A DNA stretch of 32,000 nucleotides from an archaeon (GCA_035400625.1 DAOMZT010000001.1:180001-212000), one strand, 5' to 3'. Numbered from the stretch's first letter, positions 15,265 through 23,733 are shown. Notes: generated by a model not told the origin, from the letters alone. Program-made: numbers and translations.

Positions 15265-17484
15265 TTACTCGATTGGCCAGCTTGTGATTACGTTTATTAA
15301 TTCGCTTGCTGCTGTGCCTGTATCTGCTTTTGTCCAACCAGCAACATAGATGTTACTGTTTGCGTGTTTACCTACGATAAAGTCGTCTTCTTCAACTAAG
15401 GAATCTTCAGTTATACCTTCAGCAAACTTGTTTACAAGGTGTCCACCTACTACGATTTTAGTACCTGATATTTCCATGACATCTTTCTTTAGAAGATCGC
15501 TTGGATTTACTTGAGTTTCAATGTATGGGTGATATGGGTTTGTTTGTTCTGTGTCGCCAGGTGTTGTAATTACTCCACCAATGAATAACTCGTATTTCTT
15601 TGGATCTTCAGGTAATGATACATTGATATATCCGTTAGCTATTTTTACTACTCCACCTGTTGCTGTGTATCCTTCTTGGATATCATCGTCGTCTTCATCA
15701 TTCAAGTTGAATTTCCAATTACCATTAGCATATTTTACTTTTGGACCAGTAAAGTTATCCATTACGTCTTCATCTGCTAATTTGAAATTCTTTGTATCCA
15801 TAGAGAAGTTAATATCTTTAGGTGCGGTATCTACATCTTTTATTGTAAAGATTGTTGCATTTCTGTCGCTACCTGTGTTGAAACCATCGAAAAAATCTGT
15901 TTCGTCTCCACCAGTTATTGAAAAAGTACCTTTTTTGCCTATATTTCCATCAGTTCCTTTGAATGCAATTGCCATTTCATTAGAATTTGCTAAAATTCTA
16001 AATTGGTGTGAGGTACCTGAAGTTAAATCACTTACTATGGTGACATTTGTGTCTGCTGCAACATCGTGTGCACCAGCAATGAATTCGTCTTCATCACTTG
16101 TTTCGCTTACTGTGTAGTTGCCATCAACATCTCTTATCAAATAATAGTCTTTGTTGTCAACTGCGAACTTCATTTTTGATTCTGATCCTGTTGTAAATGC
16201 TTTCTTCAAAAACAATGGAACTTCATATGTGTACTTATAATCTGACCACTTTATTGTTTTATTAGATGTTATTTCAAAGTCGTACATTGTTTCATCTGTT
16301 AGTCCAACAAACTTTACAGAACCTAAATCATTTGGGAAGTCTGCTGAATCGCCTATTTTTAATGCTGGGAAGTCTGCATTTTCTCCAACGTCACTCCAAC
16401 CATCTGTATCTGTAACTCTTATTTCTTTAAGGTAGTGGTTTGCAGTGAATGTTTCATCCCAATTAGCAGTCCATTCTCTTTCGTCCTCGCCTGTGAAATC
16501 TTCAATCTCTTCTCCGTTGTTTAATTCTAACACAGCATTACCTTGGCTAATTTCAACATAACCTTGTTGATTATCTGCATAGTTGACTTCTGTAACAGTT
16601 ATTTCAGATATCTTGCCATTGAATGTGGTTGATTTACCTTCTCTTAAGCTTTGTGATCCAACTTGTGAAGATCCTTGCTTTAACAATAGAAGAACTCTAT
16701 CTTGTGTGATTGTTGATACTTCTACGGTGTAATCATCTATTACGAAAACGCCACCCTCTCTATATATTAACTTATTTTCTTGTTCAACTAAAGTTATTTT
16801 ATCTTCAGTAATAGATCTTATCTTATATGTTTTACCCATGAATGGAATTTCTATATCGTGTTGTCCGCCAGCATTCAATGTATAATCTGTAGCTGATGTA
16901 TCTGTTACTTTAATACCTGTACTGCCTAAATTTAGGGTGTATTTTGCAGTACCTGCTGGTATTTTTGCGATTACTGCTTGGACATCTTCATCTGCCTCAA
17001 AGTAAACGTCTGAAACATTTACATCCATAGTTTCTTTTACATTTTTTAGTGTTTTCTTTGTGTCATCGTGATCGTAATATTCTATGTCGCCATCGAATAA
17101 TTTGTTGTATTTTGTATATTTTACACTGAAATCATCATCAAGGTCAAAACCCATATCATCATCATCGAACAAAGTGCCATCATCTGTTGTTGTGCCAGGA
17201 GTGCTAGGGGTTGGTACCCATGCGTCATATTGTGGGTTTCTCTTCTTTGCACTTGTTGCGATTGCGTTTGCTATGTTCTGTGCCCATTGATCGTCGTCTC
17301 CGTTTACTCCGGTAACAATACTTACTTTTGGTTGCATTGTTGAGGTTGTGTAAACATCGCCTTTTACAACTGGACCAAATGTGTCGCCACTGTTGTTACC
17401 AGCTATTGCTACGCCCAGAACACCTACACCTAATGCAAGTGCTGCTGCGCCAGCAACTACTTTTTTTACATTTATATTCTTCAT
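15265..17484 (-). CDS. probable S-layer / major cell-envelope protein
   Basis: 739 aa. Signal peptide KKVVAGAAALALGVGVLGVAIAG, a very acidic Asp/Thr/Gly-rich body without Cys, and no C-terminal TM. The C-terminal block IVVGGHLVNKFA...YVAGWTKADTGTAASEL resembles archaeal (Methanococcales-type) S-layer C-terminal domains as I recall them. It has the strongest SD in the window (GGAGGAG) and its own terminator. Confidence 0.6.
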   Translation of the reverse strand: MKNINVKKVVAGAAALALGVGVLGVAIAGNNSGDTFGPVVKGDVYTTSTMQPKVSIVTGVNGDDDQWAQNIANAIATSAKKRNPQYDAWVPTPSTPGTTTDDGTLFDDDDMGFDLDDDFSVKYTKYNKLFDGDIEYYDHDDTKKTLKNVKETMDVNVSDVYFEADEDVQAVIAKIPAGTAKYTLNLGSTGIKVTDTSATDYTLNAGGQHDIEIPFMGKTYKIRSITEDKITLVEQENKLIYREGGVFVIDDYTVEVSTITQDRVLLLLKQGSSQVGSQSLREGKSTTFNGKISEITVTEVNYADNQQGYVEISQGNAVLELNNGEEIEDFTGEDEREWTANWDETFTANHYLKEIRVTDTDGWSDVGENADFPALKIGDSADFPNDLGSVKFVGLTDETMYDFEITSNKTIKWSDYKYTYEVPLFLKKAFTTGSESKMKFAVDNKDYYLIRDVDGNYTVSETSDEDEFIAGAHDVAADTNVTIVSDLTSGTSHQFRILANSNEMAIAFKGTDGNIGKKGTFSITGGDETDFFDGFNTGSDRNATIFTIKDVDTAPKDINFSMDTKNFKLADEDVMDNFTGPKVKYANGNWKFNLNDEDDDDIQEGYTATGGVVKIANGYINVSLPEDPKKYELFIGGVITTPGDTEQTNPYHPYIETQVNPSDLLKKDVMEISGTKIVVGGHLVNKFAEGITEDSLVEEDDFIVGKHANSNIYVAGWTKADTGTAASELINVITSWPIE

Positions 17485-17490
17485 TTATTT

Positions 17491-17526
17491 CTCCTCCATT
17501 TTAGTTTCTTTTCTTATAAAGAAACT
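17491..17526 (-). promoter_or_regulatory. S-layer gene SD (GGAGGAG) and TATA box embedded in an 8-bp inverted repeat (agtttctt-N8-aagaaact)
   Basis: Minus sense reads agtttctttataagaaaagaaact...atggaggagaaataaATG. The TATA sits about 30 nt upstream of the ATG. Confidence 0.55.
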
Positions 17527-17942
17527 TTTTTTGTTTATGAAGATTGAACCTGCGTATATCAATGACTGGTGAAAAAATAAAATCCAGTACTAAACAGATT
17601 CAGTATTCCATATATGTGGAATATAGAATTTAGAGAGCAGTAATGTTTAAAAAGGGTTGGTTTTTATAGCTCACTTTTGCGATGGCTGAAAAGGCAGGTA
17701 AAGACTGCGATAAGAGAGAAAATAAAACTATTTTTATGTATAATGTTAACAATAAAACAAGAAATTTGCAAAAAATAGAAAATTTGTTTTACTTAAGCTT
17801 TGTGTACATATATATATTATAGATAAAAATAATCTTTTTTAAAAAAAGATTTTTACTAATTTAGATGACACTCACTTATTATAATACAAACTATACATAT
17901 ATAGTGCAACATGTAAAAAGGATATCAGCTTGCTTTAGAAAA

Positions 17943-18611
17943 CTATCTCAACCTAGATAGTGCTTCATTTTCTTTCTTTAGAGTATGTATCATTTGAGCA
18001 TAGCCGTGTGTCATATCAGTAATTATCATAATTGTATTTTGTAAATCAGAAATTGTAACATTTAACTTGTCAGGCTTAAGAACTTCAACTGAGGTCGCTC
18101 CGTAAAAGTAAATTAGCTTAAATAAAGAGTTTATCTCGTTACAAGACAAAGTAGCAGAGATGTATGTAGAAAAAAGATCATCATGCACCACTATTTCTGC
18201 AAGAGTGCTATCATATATTAAATACTCTTTATCATTTTTTAAGGACTCTAGAATTTGCTCCATTCCTTTCCTTAAACTTAGTTTATCATTAGATTTAGAC
18301 TCTATGATTACTGCCACCTTTATTGTGTTTTTATCATTTTCAGACAATCTCTTTCTCTCTGTTAGCTTATCTTTAACCTCTGAAGACAAAGAATACTTGA
18401 CTGGAAAGCCCTCTTTTGTTATTAGCTTTAAAAACAGCATGTTTTTTAGAGCCTGAACAATCTGCTCATACCTGGCATTAGGGATAAGCCTTATTAGATC
18501 ATCTTCGGTCTTGGAAGAATCAGCTAAATGTTTGCCTATAAGATTTTGTAGCTCTTGAATTTCTAGTTTTTCTTTTAGTTGTAAAGCCTCGTAGTCTAAT
18601 TGTTTTTCCAT
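17943..18611 (-). CDS. hypothetical protein (possible N-terminal winged-helix, unknown C-terminal domain)
   Basis: 222 aa with an ATG start. The segment YEQIVQALKNMLFLKLITKEGFPVKYSLS looks wHTH-like. I recognise no catalytic motif. Confidence 0.45.
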   Translation of the reverse strand: MEKQLDYEALQLKEKLEIQELQNLIGKHLADSSKTEDDLIRLIPNARYEQIVQALKNMLFLKLITKEGFPVKYSLSSEVKDKLTERKRLSENDKNTIKVAVIIESKSNDKLSLRKGMEQILESLKNDKEYLIYDSTLAEIVVHDDLFSTYISATLSCNEINSLFKLIYFYGATSVEVLKPDKLNVTISDLQNTIMIITDMTHGYAQMIHTLKKENEALSRLR

Positions 18612-18692
18612 AGATAATCATAATTTTGCTTGAAATATATATAACTTATAATTAAAAAAGTATTTAAAACCTTTATAATCAATTAAATAGAT

Positions 18693-18926
18693 ATGGATTA
18701 TCTTTTATTGATTATAGGAGTACTACTAATAGTAGTTACAATATTACTTATTGGGCTAGCAAAAAACCTAATATTAAATAGCATTATTGGAGCAATGGGT
18801 TTTTTGATATGTTATTTTGTATTTAATATAAAGTTACCAATAGTAGTCACATTAATAGCATCAGCAATCTTTGGGCCAGCAGGTCTGGGGGTCATGCTTT
18901 TGTTATGGTTGTTTAAGATTATTTAA
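18693..18926 (+). CDS. small three-TM membrane protein, BofA-like
   Basis: 77 aa. NSIIGAMGFL...FN...IFGPAGLGVMLLL resembles the BofA-family pattern. TATA-like cctttataatc lies about 20 nt upstream of the ATG. The gene overlaps the convergent radical SAM stop by 4 nt. Confidence 0.45.
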   Translation: MDYLLLIIGVLLIVVTILLIGLAKNLILNSIIGAMGFLICYFVFNIKLPIVVTLIASAIFGPAGLGVMLLLWLFKII

Positions 18927-19786
18927 ATATTTCCTAGATATACGTTTTTTAGCCCTTTGGCTTTTGCTAGCTTTTCTGCAAGCTTTAATGTTTCTAGCTT
19001 TGTTGGGATTATATTTTTTAAACGATAATATGGAAAGGCCCTTGAGAAATGCAAAGGAATATCTTTAGAAACAGAATATACAAAATCAATTGTTTCTTGG
19101 ATATCTTCTGGCTTTGTGTTATAGCCTTCTATCATTAGGTTGGTGATCTCTATATGTATTTTATTTTTATGTAATTCTTTTATATTCTCTTTTATGTGCT
19201 TAAGCTTTATTCCAGGAACCAGTTCATCATATAATTTTTGAGTGCCTTTTAGATCAATGTTTATTGCATCTAGATATGGCATTATATCTTTTAAAACCTC
19301 TTTAGACATATAGCCATTACTTACCCAGATATTTTTTATATCTTGAGAGCTTGCTTTTTTCATGATGTCTAGAGCATAATCAACAAAGATTGTTGGCTCT
19401 GTATAGGTGTAAGAGATAGAAGGAGTTTTTCTTTCAATTGCTATATTTATGATCTCATCTGGAGAATAATAATCCATTGCCTCTAGATTGATGTTTTTAC
19501 AATTAGAGATGTCATAGTTTTGGCAAAATGCACAATCAAAATTACAGCCTGCTGTTCCTAATGAAAGAGTCTTGGTGTTTGGAAGAAAATGATATATTGG
19601 CTTTTTTTCTATTGGATCTAGATTAATAGAAACAGGCTTGCCATAAACCAAAGAAACAAGTTTTTGATTTTCGTTTTTTCTAACTTTACAAAAGCCAGTG
19701 TTGTTTTTTGAGATTATACAATATCTATTACAAGCAAGGCATTTGATAGAATTAGGATCAACAACTTGAAAATATTTTGAAAACAT
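18923..19786 (-). CDS. amrS: AmmeMemoRadiSam-system-type radical SAM enzyme
   Basis: 287 aa. N-terminal Cys cluster CLACNRYC...FCKVR, radical SAM CX3CX2C (CNFDCAFCQN), and size and layout typical of this PflA-like family. Confidence 0.75.
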   Translation of the reverse strand: MFSKYFQVVDPNSIKCLACNRYCIISKNNTGFCKVRKNENQKLVSLVYGKPVSINLDPIEKKPIYHFLPNTKTLSLGTAGCNFDCAFCQNYDISNCKNINLEAMDYYSPDEIINIAIERKTPSISYTYTEPTIFVDYALDIMKKASSQDIKNIWVSNGYMSKEVLKDIMPYLDAINIDLKGTQKLYDELVPGIKLKHIKENIKELHKNKIHIEITNLMIEGYNTKPEDIQETIDFVYSVSKDIPLHFSRAFPYYRLKNIIPTKLETLKLAEKLAKAKGLKNVYLGNI

Positions 19787-19825
19787 AAATTAAAAAAAAG
19801 AAAAATAAAAAGGGAGAAATTTCAT

Positions 19826-21292
19826 TTATTCCTTTTCCTTTTTATCTCTAGCAAAGAACAGGAAATAACCTAATGCACCTATTACTAACAATGCACCGAT
19901 TAACAAAGCAATGCCTGTTGATGCATTTTCAGATAGGCCTAAGAAACCTGTTGTGCCTGATGTCTTTTCAGGATTTGCTACTGCAACATTACCAGTTGTT
20001 GGAGCTGTCTCTGTTGGTGTTGCTGGTGATGGAGTTGTTGGGGTTGTTACTACTGGTTGAGGTGCAGGTGTATTAACTACTGTTGGAGTTGTAACTACTG
20101 GTTGAGGTGTTGGTGTTACTGGTGTTGGTGTTGGGTTAACTGTTGGTGTGGTTGTAGTTCCTGTTACTCTTCTGCCGCCTCCGCTTCTCCTTATTATTGT
20201 TATTGCATCAACTTTATCTTCTTTTTTGTTTCCAAGTTCATCTGTTGCAGAATACCAAACTGTGTGTGTTCCTCTTGGCAATCTATCTAATTGTACACTC
20301 CAATTTCCATTTGGATCTATAGAGTTTACAACGTAATCTTTGCCATTTACTGTTATTTTAAACTCAGTTATATCGGTTAAATCCTCTACATTACCAGTTA
20401 ACATTGGCTCTCTGGTTGGTGTAGAAATTGGGTCTACAATAACAATTGGTTCAGTTCTATCAATTGTTAAATTAATGTCTTTTTCTGTAATATTTCCTGC
20501 TGCGTCGAAAGCTTTGATTTTTAGTTTATATTCTTTACTATCTTCTTTAAAATCTGTATTGTCTAAATCCTCTACTTTAAAATAACATGTGAATTGTTTT
20601 TCCTTAGATAATCCAGGATTTACTTCTGCAGTTGGTAGTTCTAGTTTACAAGAAATTGGTTTTTGGATTTTGTTGTTAAGTAATATATCTGCCTCTACCT
20701 TTGCATTCTGGATAACGGTCTCGACAATTTCATTCTCATTTAAAAATAAAACTCCAGTTATATTGAAATCTTTGTTGTGTTGTCTTGGTTTTGTGTCTAT
20801 TTTCATTTCTAGAGATATTGTATCTTTCATTATTTTAGCATACTTTTCTAATTCCTGTGCGTTAAAAAGTGTAATTTTAACACTAACCTTTATCTCGCCA
20901 TCTTTTAAATCATTTAATTTAGCTGTGTTTTCCTTATCATAGACAATTATCTTTTCTTCTTTTACTGCAAATTTATTAAATAACACATCGGTTGTACCAT
21001 CGCTAAAAGTAACTTCTAATGATTTAATACATTTTTCGCTGATTTTATTATTTAATAAGATGTTGCCAGAATAATTGTCTATATTTACAGAATTAATAGA
21101 TACAAAATTAATTTCTTTTATTTCAACAGCTGTAGGGCATTTCACATCTCTTGCACCTATAGAGTCAGTAGATGGGGCTTGTGCAGAAACGACTTGTTTA
21201 GGCTCTGTTGAAATTAGTTGCCCAGCATATATTGGAGTCAATAATGCGAAAACAAAGAACACCCCTAATAAAATTTTAATTTTTGAGTTCAT
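19826..21292 (-). CDS. secreted surface protein, paralogue A (Ig-like domains, Pro/Thr stalk, C-terminal TM anchor)
   Basis: 488 aa. Signal peptide MNSKIKILLGVFFVFALLTPIYAG, FDAAGN and TDELGN Ig-like signatures, a PT-rich stalk, and LLIGALLVIGALGYFLFFARDKKEKE. AGGAG lies upstream of the ATG. Confidence 0.75.
   Translation of the reverse strand: MNSKIKILLGVFFVFALLTPIYAGQLISTEPKQVVSAQAPSTDSIGARDVKCPTAVEIKEINFVSINSVNIDNYSGNILLNNKISEKCIKSLEVTFSDGTTDVLFNKFAVKEEKIIVYDKENTAKLNDLKDGEIKVSVKITLFNAQELEKYAKIMKDTISLEMKIDTKPRQHNKDFNITGVLFLNENEIVETVIQNAKVEADILLNNKIQKPISCKLELPTAEVNPGLSKEKQFTCYFKVEDLDNTDFKEDSKEYKLKIKAFDAAGNITEKDINLTIDRTEPIVIVDPISTPTREPMLTGNVEDLTDITEFKITVNGKDYVVNSIDPNGNWSVQLDRLPRGTHTVWYSATDELGNKKEDKVDAITIIRRSGGGRRVTGTTTTPTVNPTPTPVTPTPQPVVTTPTVVNTPAPQPVVTTPTTPSPATPTETAPTTGNVAVANPEKTSGTTGFLGLSENASTGIALLIGALLVIGALGYFLFFARDKKEKE
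20043..20110 (-). repeat. 45-nt periodic repeat encoding PQPVVTTPT in the Pro/Thr stalk
   Basis: gttgtWactactggttgaggtg occurs at 20043 and again at 20088. Confidence 0.7.
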
Positions 21293-21450
21293 AAATTCTC
21301 TTTTCTCCTTTTTATTTTTCTTTTTTAATTTAAATTTTGTTTATTTAAATTAAATTTTTTTAAATTGTTTTTTTGTTTTGTTTATTTATTTTTTTGTTTT
21401 GGTTTTAAAATTACTGTTTGATTGGTTTTTTGTTAATATTATTGTTCGGT

Positions 21451-21508
21451 CTTATGTTAATCAAACACATAAGATCTCTTAATTGAAACATAAGATCTCT
21501 TAATTGAA
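21451..21508. repeat. array of ACATAAGATC sites: one inverted copy plus a 21-nt unit (acataagatctcttaattgaa) repeated in tandem
   Basis: Tandem units at 21467-21487 and 21488-21508. The inverted partner g(g)tcttatgt is at about 21449-21457. Located 175-215 nt upstream of the paralogue A ATG. Confidence 0.7.
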
Positions 21509-21575
21509 CTGTTTTGTAAAATCAGATATTAAGCTTGTAAGGTCAATACTTAATATATACTAGTGAGGGAAACCC

Positions 21576-21592
21576 TTTATAAACCTGTCGTG
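21576..21592 (-). promoter_or_regulatory. TATA box (tttataaa) with a degenerate copy of the shared upstream motif (cctgtcgtg), paralogue A
   Basis: Read directly. Unusually far (about 284 nt) from the ATG at 21292. Confidence 0.35.
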
Positions 21593-21735
21593 TTTGGTAA
21601 TTTAACCTGTTCATTTATAAAAGGTAATGGCCATCTAAAGAGCCTATTTTTGTGTTTTAGCAGATAAATAATGGAAAAAAAGAGTTGGGTAGAAGAAAAT
21701 AAAGAAAGAAATAAATGTGCTATTGCTAATCTAAA

Positions 21736-22488
21736 TTATTTCTGTACCCTATAGATTTTCAGATCGAAATCTTTTGCCCTTATGTTTCCTATATCATCTT
21801 GTGCTATAAATTTTATCTTGTATTTGTCACTATCTTCAAAAAGAGAAATATCAAAGTCACAAGTAAATTCTGCAAACCTAGAAACCATGGTTGGTGATTC
21901 GCTTATGTAACAAGTAACCCAATTGTCAGATAATTTAACACCATCTAGTGATGTCTGCACTATTAAAGTTGAAGAACGGTCTATTCTTCCACGTATTTGA
22001 AAATCAGCTTTCTTTTTTAAAGAAGTATATCTTTCATAGATCTTCAAATAAGGAGCAACGGTGTATTTGATATTTCTTTTTGTAACTCCACATCTTGCAT
22101 TATCAAAAGAAACAACAACAGAGATGTTGCCATCTTGTAAACTTGACAAATCTATGTTTTTAATAGTTAGGCTATTGATGTTTGGCCTTATGTTGTCTTT
22201 TGTAATAGAGACAGATTGAGAAGGATAATCTTCATTTATAAAAGATATATTTAATTCTTGGATAGTTACTTTTTTTTTGAACTTTAAAATGATTGAATAA
22301 TCATTTTGATTAACATTATTAATTGGAACTAATTTGAACTTGACGATGTCTGCGACTTTACTACCTGAACTGCAAGGTCCAGAAGACGCCATAGATATTG
22401 CATTTTTAGATAATGTGCCTGCATATATTGGAGCCAATAATGCAAATACAAAGAAAATACCTAATATTATTTTAATTTTTGAATTCAT
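21736..22488 (-). CDS. secreted protein, paralogue B (no C-terminal anchor)
   Basis: 250 aa. Signal peptide MNSKIKIILGIFFVFALLAPIYAG. The C-terminal module (TVAPYLKIYE...FQIRGRI...STLIVQT...CDFDISLFEDSDKYKIKFIAQDDIGN) aligns with paralogue C and, more loosely, with paralogue A. Confidence 0.75.
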   Translation of the reverse strand: MNSKIKIILGIFFVFALLAPIYAGTLSKNAISMASSGPCSSGSKVADIVKFKLVPINNVNQNDYSIILKFKKKVTIQELNISFINEDYPSQSVSITKDNIRPNINSLTIKNIDLSSLQDGNISVVVSFDNARCGVTKRNIKYTVAPYLKIYERYTSLKKKADFQIRGRIDRSSTLIVQTSLDGVKLSDNWVTCYISESPTMVSRFAEFTCDFDISLFEDSDKYKIKFIAQDDIGNIRAKDFDLKIYRVQK

Positions 22489-22576
22489 AAATTTTTTTCC
22501 TTTTTTTATTTTGTTTTAAATACATCAAATAATATAAATTATAACAAATATTTTGATATACTTGTAAGAGAAATAC

Positions 22577-22601
22577 TTTATAAACCTGCCGAGTATGAAG
22601 G
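22577..22601 (-). promoter_or_regulatory. shared promoter module, paralogue B (minus sense ctcggcagg-tttataaag-tatttctc)
   Basis: TATA about 89 nt upstream of the ATG at 22488. Near-identical to the module at 23625-23654. Confidence 0.5.
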
Positions 22602-22730
22602 TTTAGTCTTTCGTTTATAGAAGTTTATAAAGACAAAAAAAGTTTTTAAAAAAATAGAGAAAAAACCACAAGAAAATAAGATTGTTTCTTATTTCTTGTA
22701 GATTCTAACTAACTTTGTCTGCGCACAGAT

Positions 22731-23510
22731 CTATCTGTTGATAGATAGATAGATGTCTTCAGTTTTAATATTTCTTGTAGTGTTATCTTCTGCGACAAAT
22801 TTAATCATATATCTATCGCTATCTTCAACAAGAGAAATATTAAAGTAACATATGAAATCTAAATAATTAGATACCATGTTTGGTGAATCATTTGGGTTGC
22901 TTGTATGGCATGAGAACCAATCAACATCAAAATCAACACCATTTAATAATGTCTGCACAGTTAAAGTTGCTGAGTCAGCAATTCTTCCACGTATGTAAAA
23001 ATCTGTGTTCTTTCTTATTGTCTTTTTTTCAAAAATTTCCAATCTAGGAGCGACTGTGTTTTTTGTAATTGTTGTTCGAACACCGCATCTATCATTAAAT
23101 CCGCATCTTAAATTATTATATGAAACTGTTACAGTGTTTGTCCCATCTTGTAAATTGGACAAATCTAAATTTTCCATAGTTATGCTAGATTGGCTACCAG
23201 GTAATGAATTAATTTCATCTTCTTTCATATCGAACTGCTCGTATTCACCTGTTCCATCTGCAAAAAAAGCTCTTAAATGAGTGATTGGAGTAGTGTTTCC
23301 TTCTATGAAATGAACAGTAAATGAATAATTATCTTGATTTACATTACTTATTGGCTGTAGTTCTATATAATCAATTAGATTTGTATTATTATATGTCTCA
23401 GGAAATACATTTGGATTTGTTAAGTGTGTTAATGGTCTTCCAGCATATATTGGAGTCAATAATGCGAAAACAAAGAAAACACCAAATAATATTTTCATTT
23501 TAGAATTCAT
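22731..23510 (-). CDS. secreted protein, paralogue C (no C-terminal anchor)
   Basis: The ORF-track start at 23582 is TTG. The ATG at 23510 gives MNSKMKILFGVFFVFALLTPIYAG and has AGGAG 8 nt upstream, matching its paralogues. 259 aa. Confidence 0.75.
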   Translation of the reverse strand: MNSKMKILFGVFFVFALLTPIYAGRPLTHLTNPNVFPETYNNTNLIDYIELQPISNVNQDNYSFTVHFIEGNTTPITHLRAFFADGTGEYEQFDMKEDEINSLPGSQSSITMENLDLSNLQDGTNTVTVSYNNLRCGFNDRCGVRTTITKNTVAPRLEIFEKKTIRKNTDFYIRGRIADSATLTVQTLLNGVDFDVDWFSCHTSNPNDSPNMVSNYLDFICYFNISLVEDSDRYMIKFVAEDNTTRNIKTEDIYLSINR

Positions 23511-23632
23511 AATCTTTTTCTCCTTTTTTAGTTTTTTTGTTTTTGTGTTAAATCTTGTTATATTAATATATAGTATATCCAATAAACAAAATGTAACAAC
23601 ATAACAGAATAATACATTTGTTAGAGAAATAC

Positions 23633-23661
23633 TTTATAAACCTGCCGAGTTAGGAAGCCTA
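23633..23661 (-). promoter_or_regulatory. shared promoter module, paralogue C (minus sense cctaactcggcagg-tttataaag-tatttctc)
   Basis: TATA about 123 nt upstream of the ATG at 23510. gttagg-aag-cctaac (plus sense) also forms a 6-bp hairpin. Confidence 0.5.
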
Positions 23662-23733
23662 ACCAGCCCTTATATAAAAATAACATAGACCCAACAAATA
23701 TATTTTAATAGTTTTTTAACATAATAATTAAAT

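Noticed and set aside
15551-16117. 188-aa plus-strand ORF (and 17084-17290, 17381-17572) antisense to the S-layer-like gene
   Set aside because: The Ser/Pro/Val-rich translation is what the antisense of Asp/Glu/Thr/Gly codons produces. There is no SD, and the ORFs are fully nested in a gene with a strong SD, a signal peptide and a terminator.
17680-17720. C/D-box sRNA in the GC-richer patch upstream of the S-layer gene
   Set aside because: ctga D-box-like tetramers are present, but there is no acceptable RUGAUGA C box (tgcgatgg is too degenerate) and no terminal stem, so the evidence is insufficient.
19826-19960. PGF-CTERM / archaeosortase sorting signal at the C-terminus of paralogue A
   Set aside because: The sequence before the terminal TM helix is TTGFLGLSE..., not a clear PGF motif, and no archaeosortase gene is in the window. 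I describe it only as a C-terminal TM anchor.
19873-21353. A series of plus-strand ORFs (60-117 aa) antisense to paralogue A, plus 22334-22519 and 23005-23503 antisense to paralogues B and C
   Set aside because: They are antisense shadows of genes supported by SD sites, signal peptides and paralogy. Their Cys/Trp- or Leu-rich low-complexity products come from the Pro/Thr-stalk antisense.
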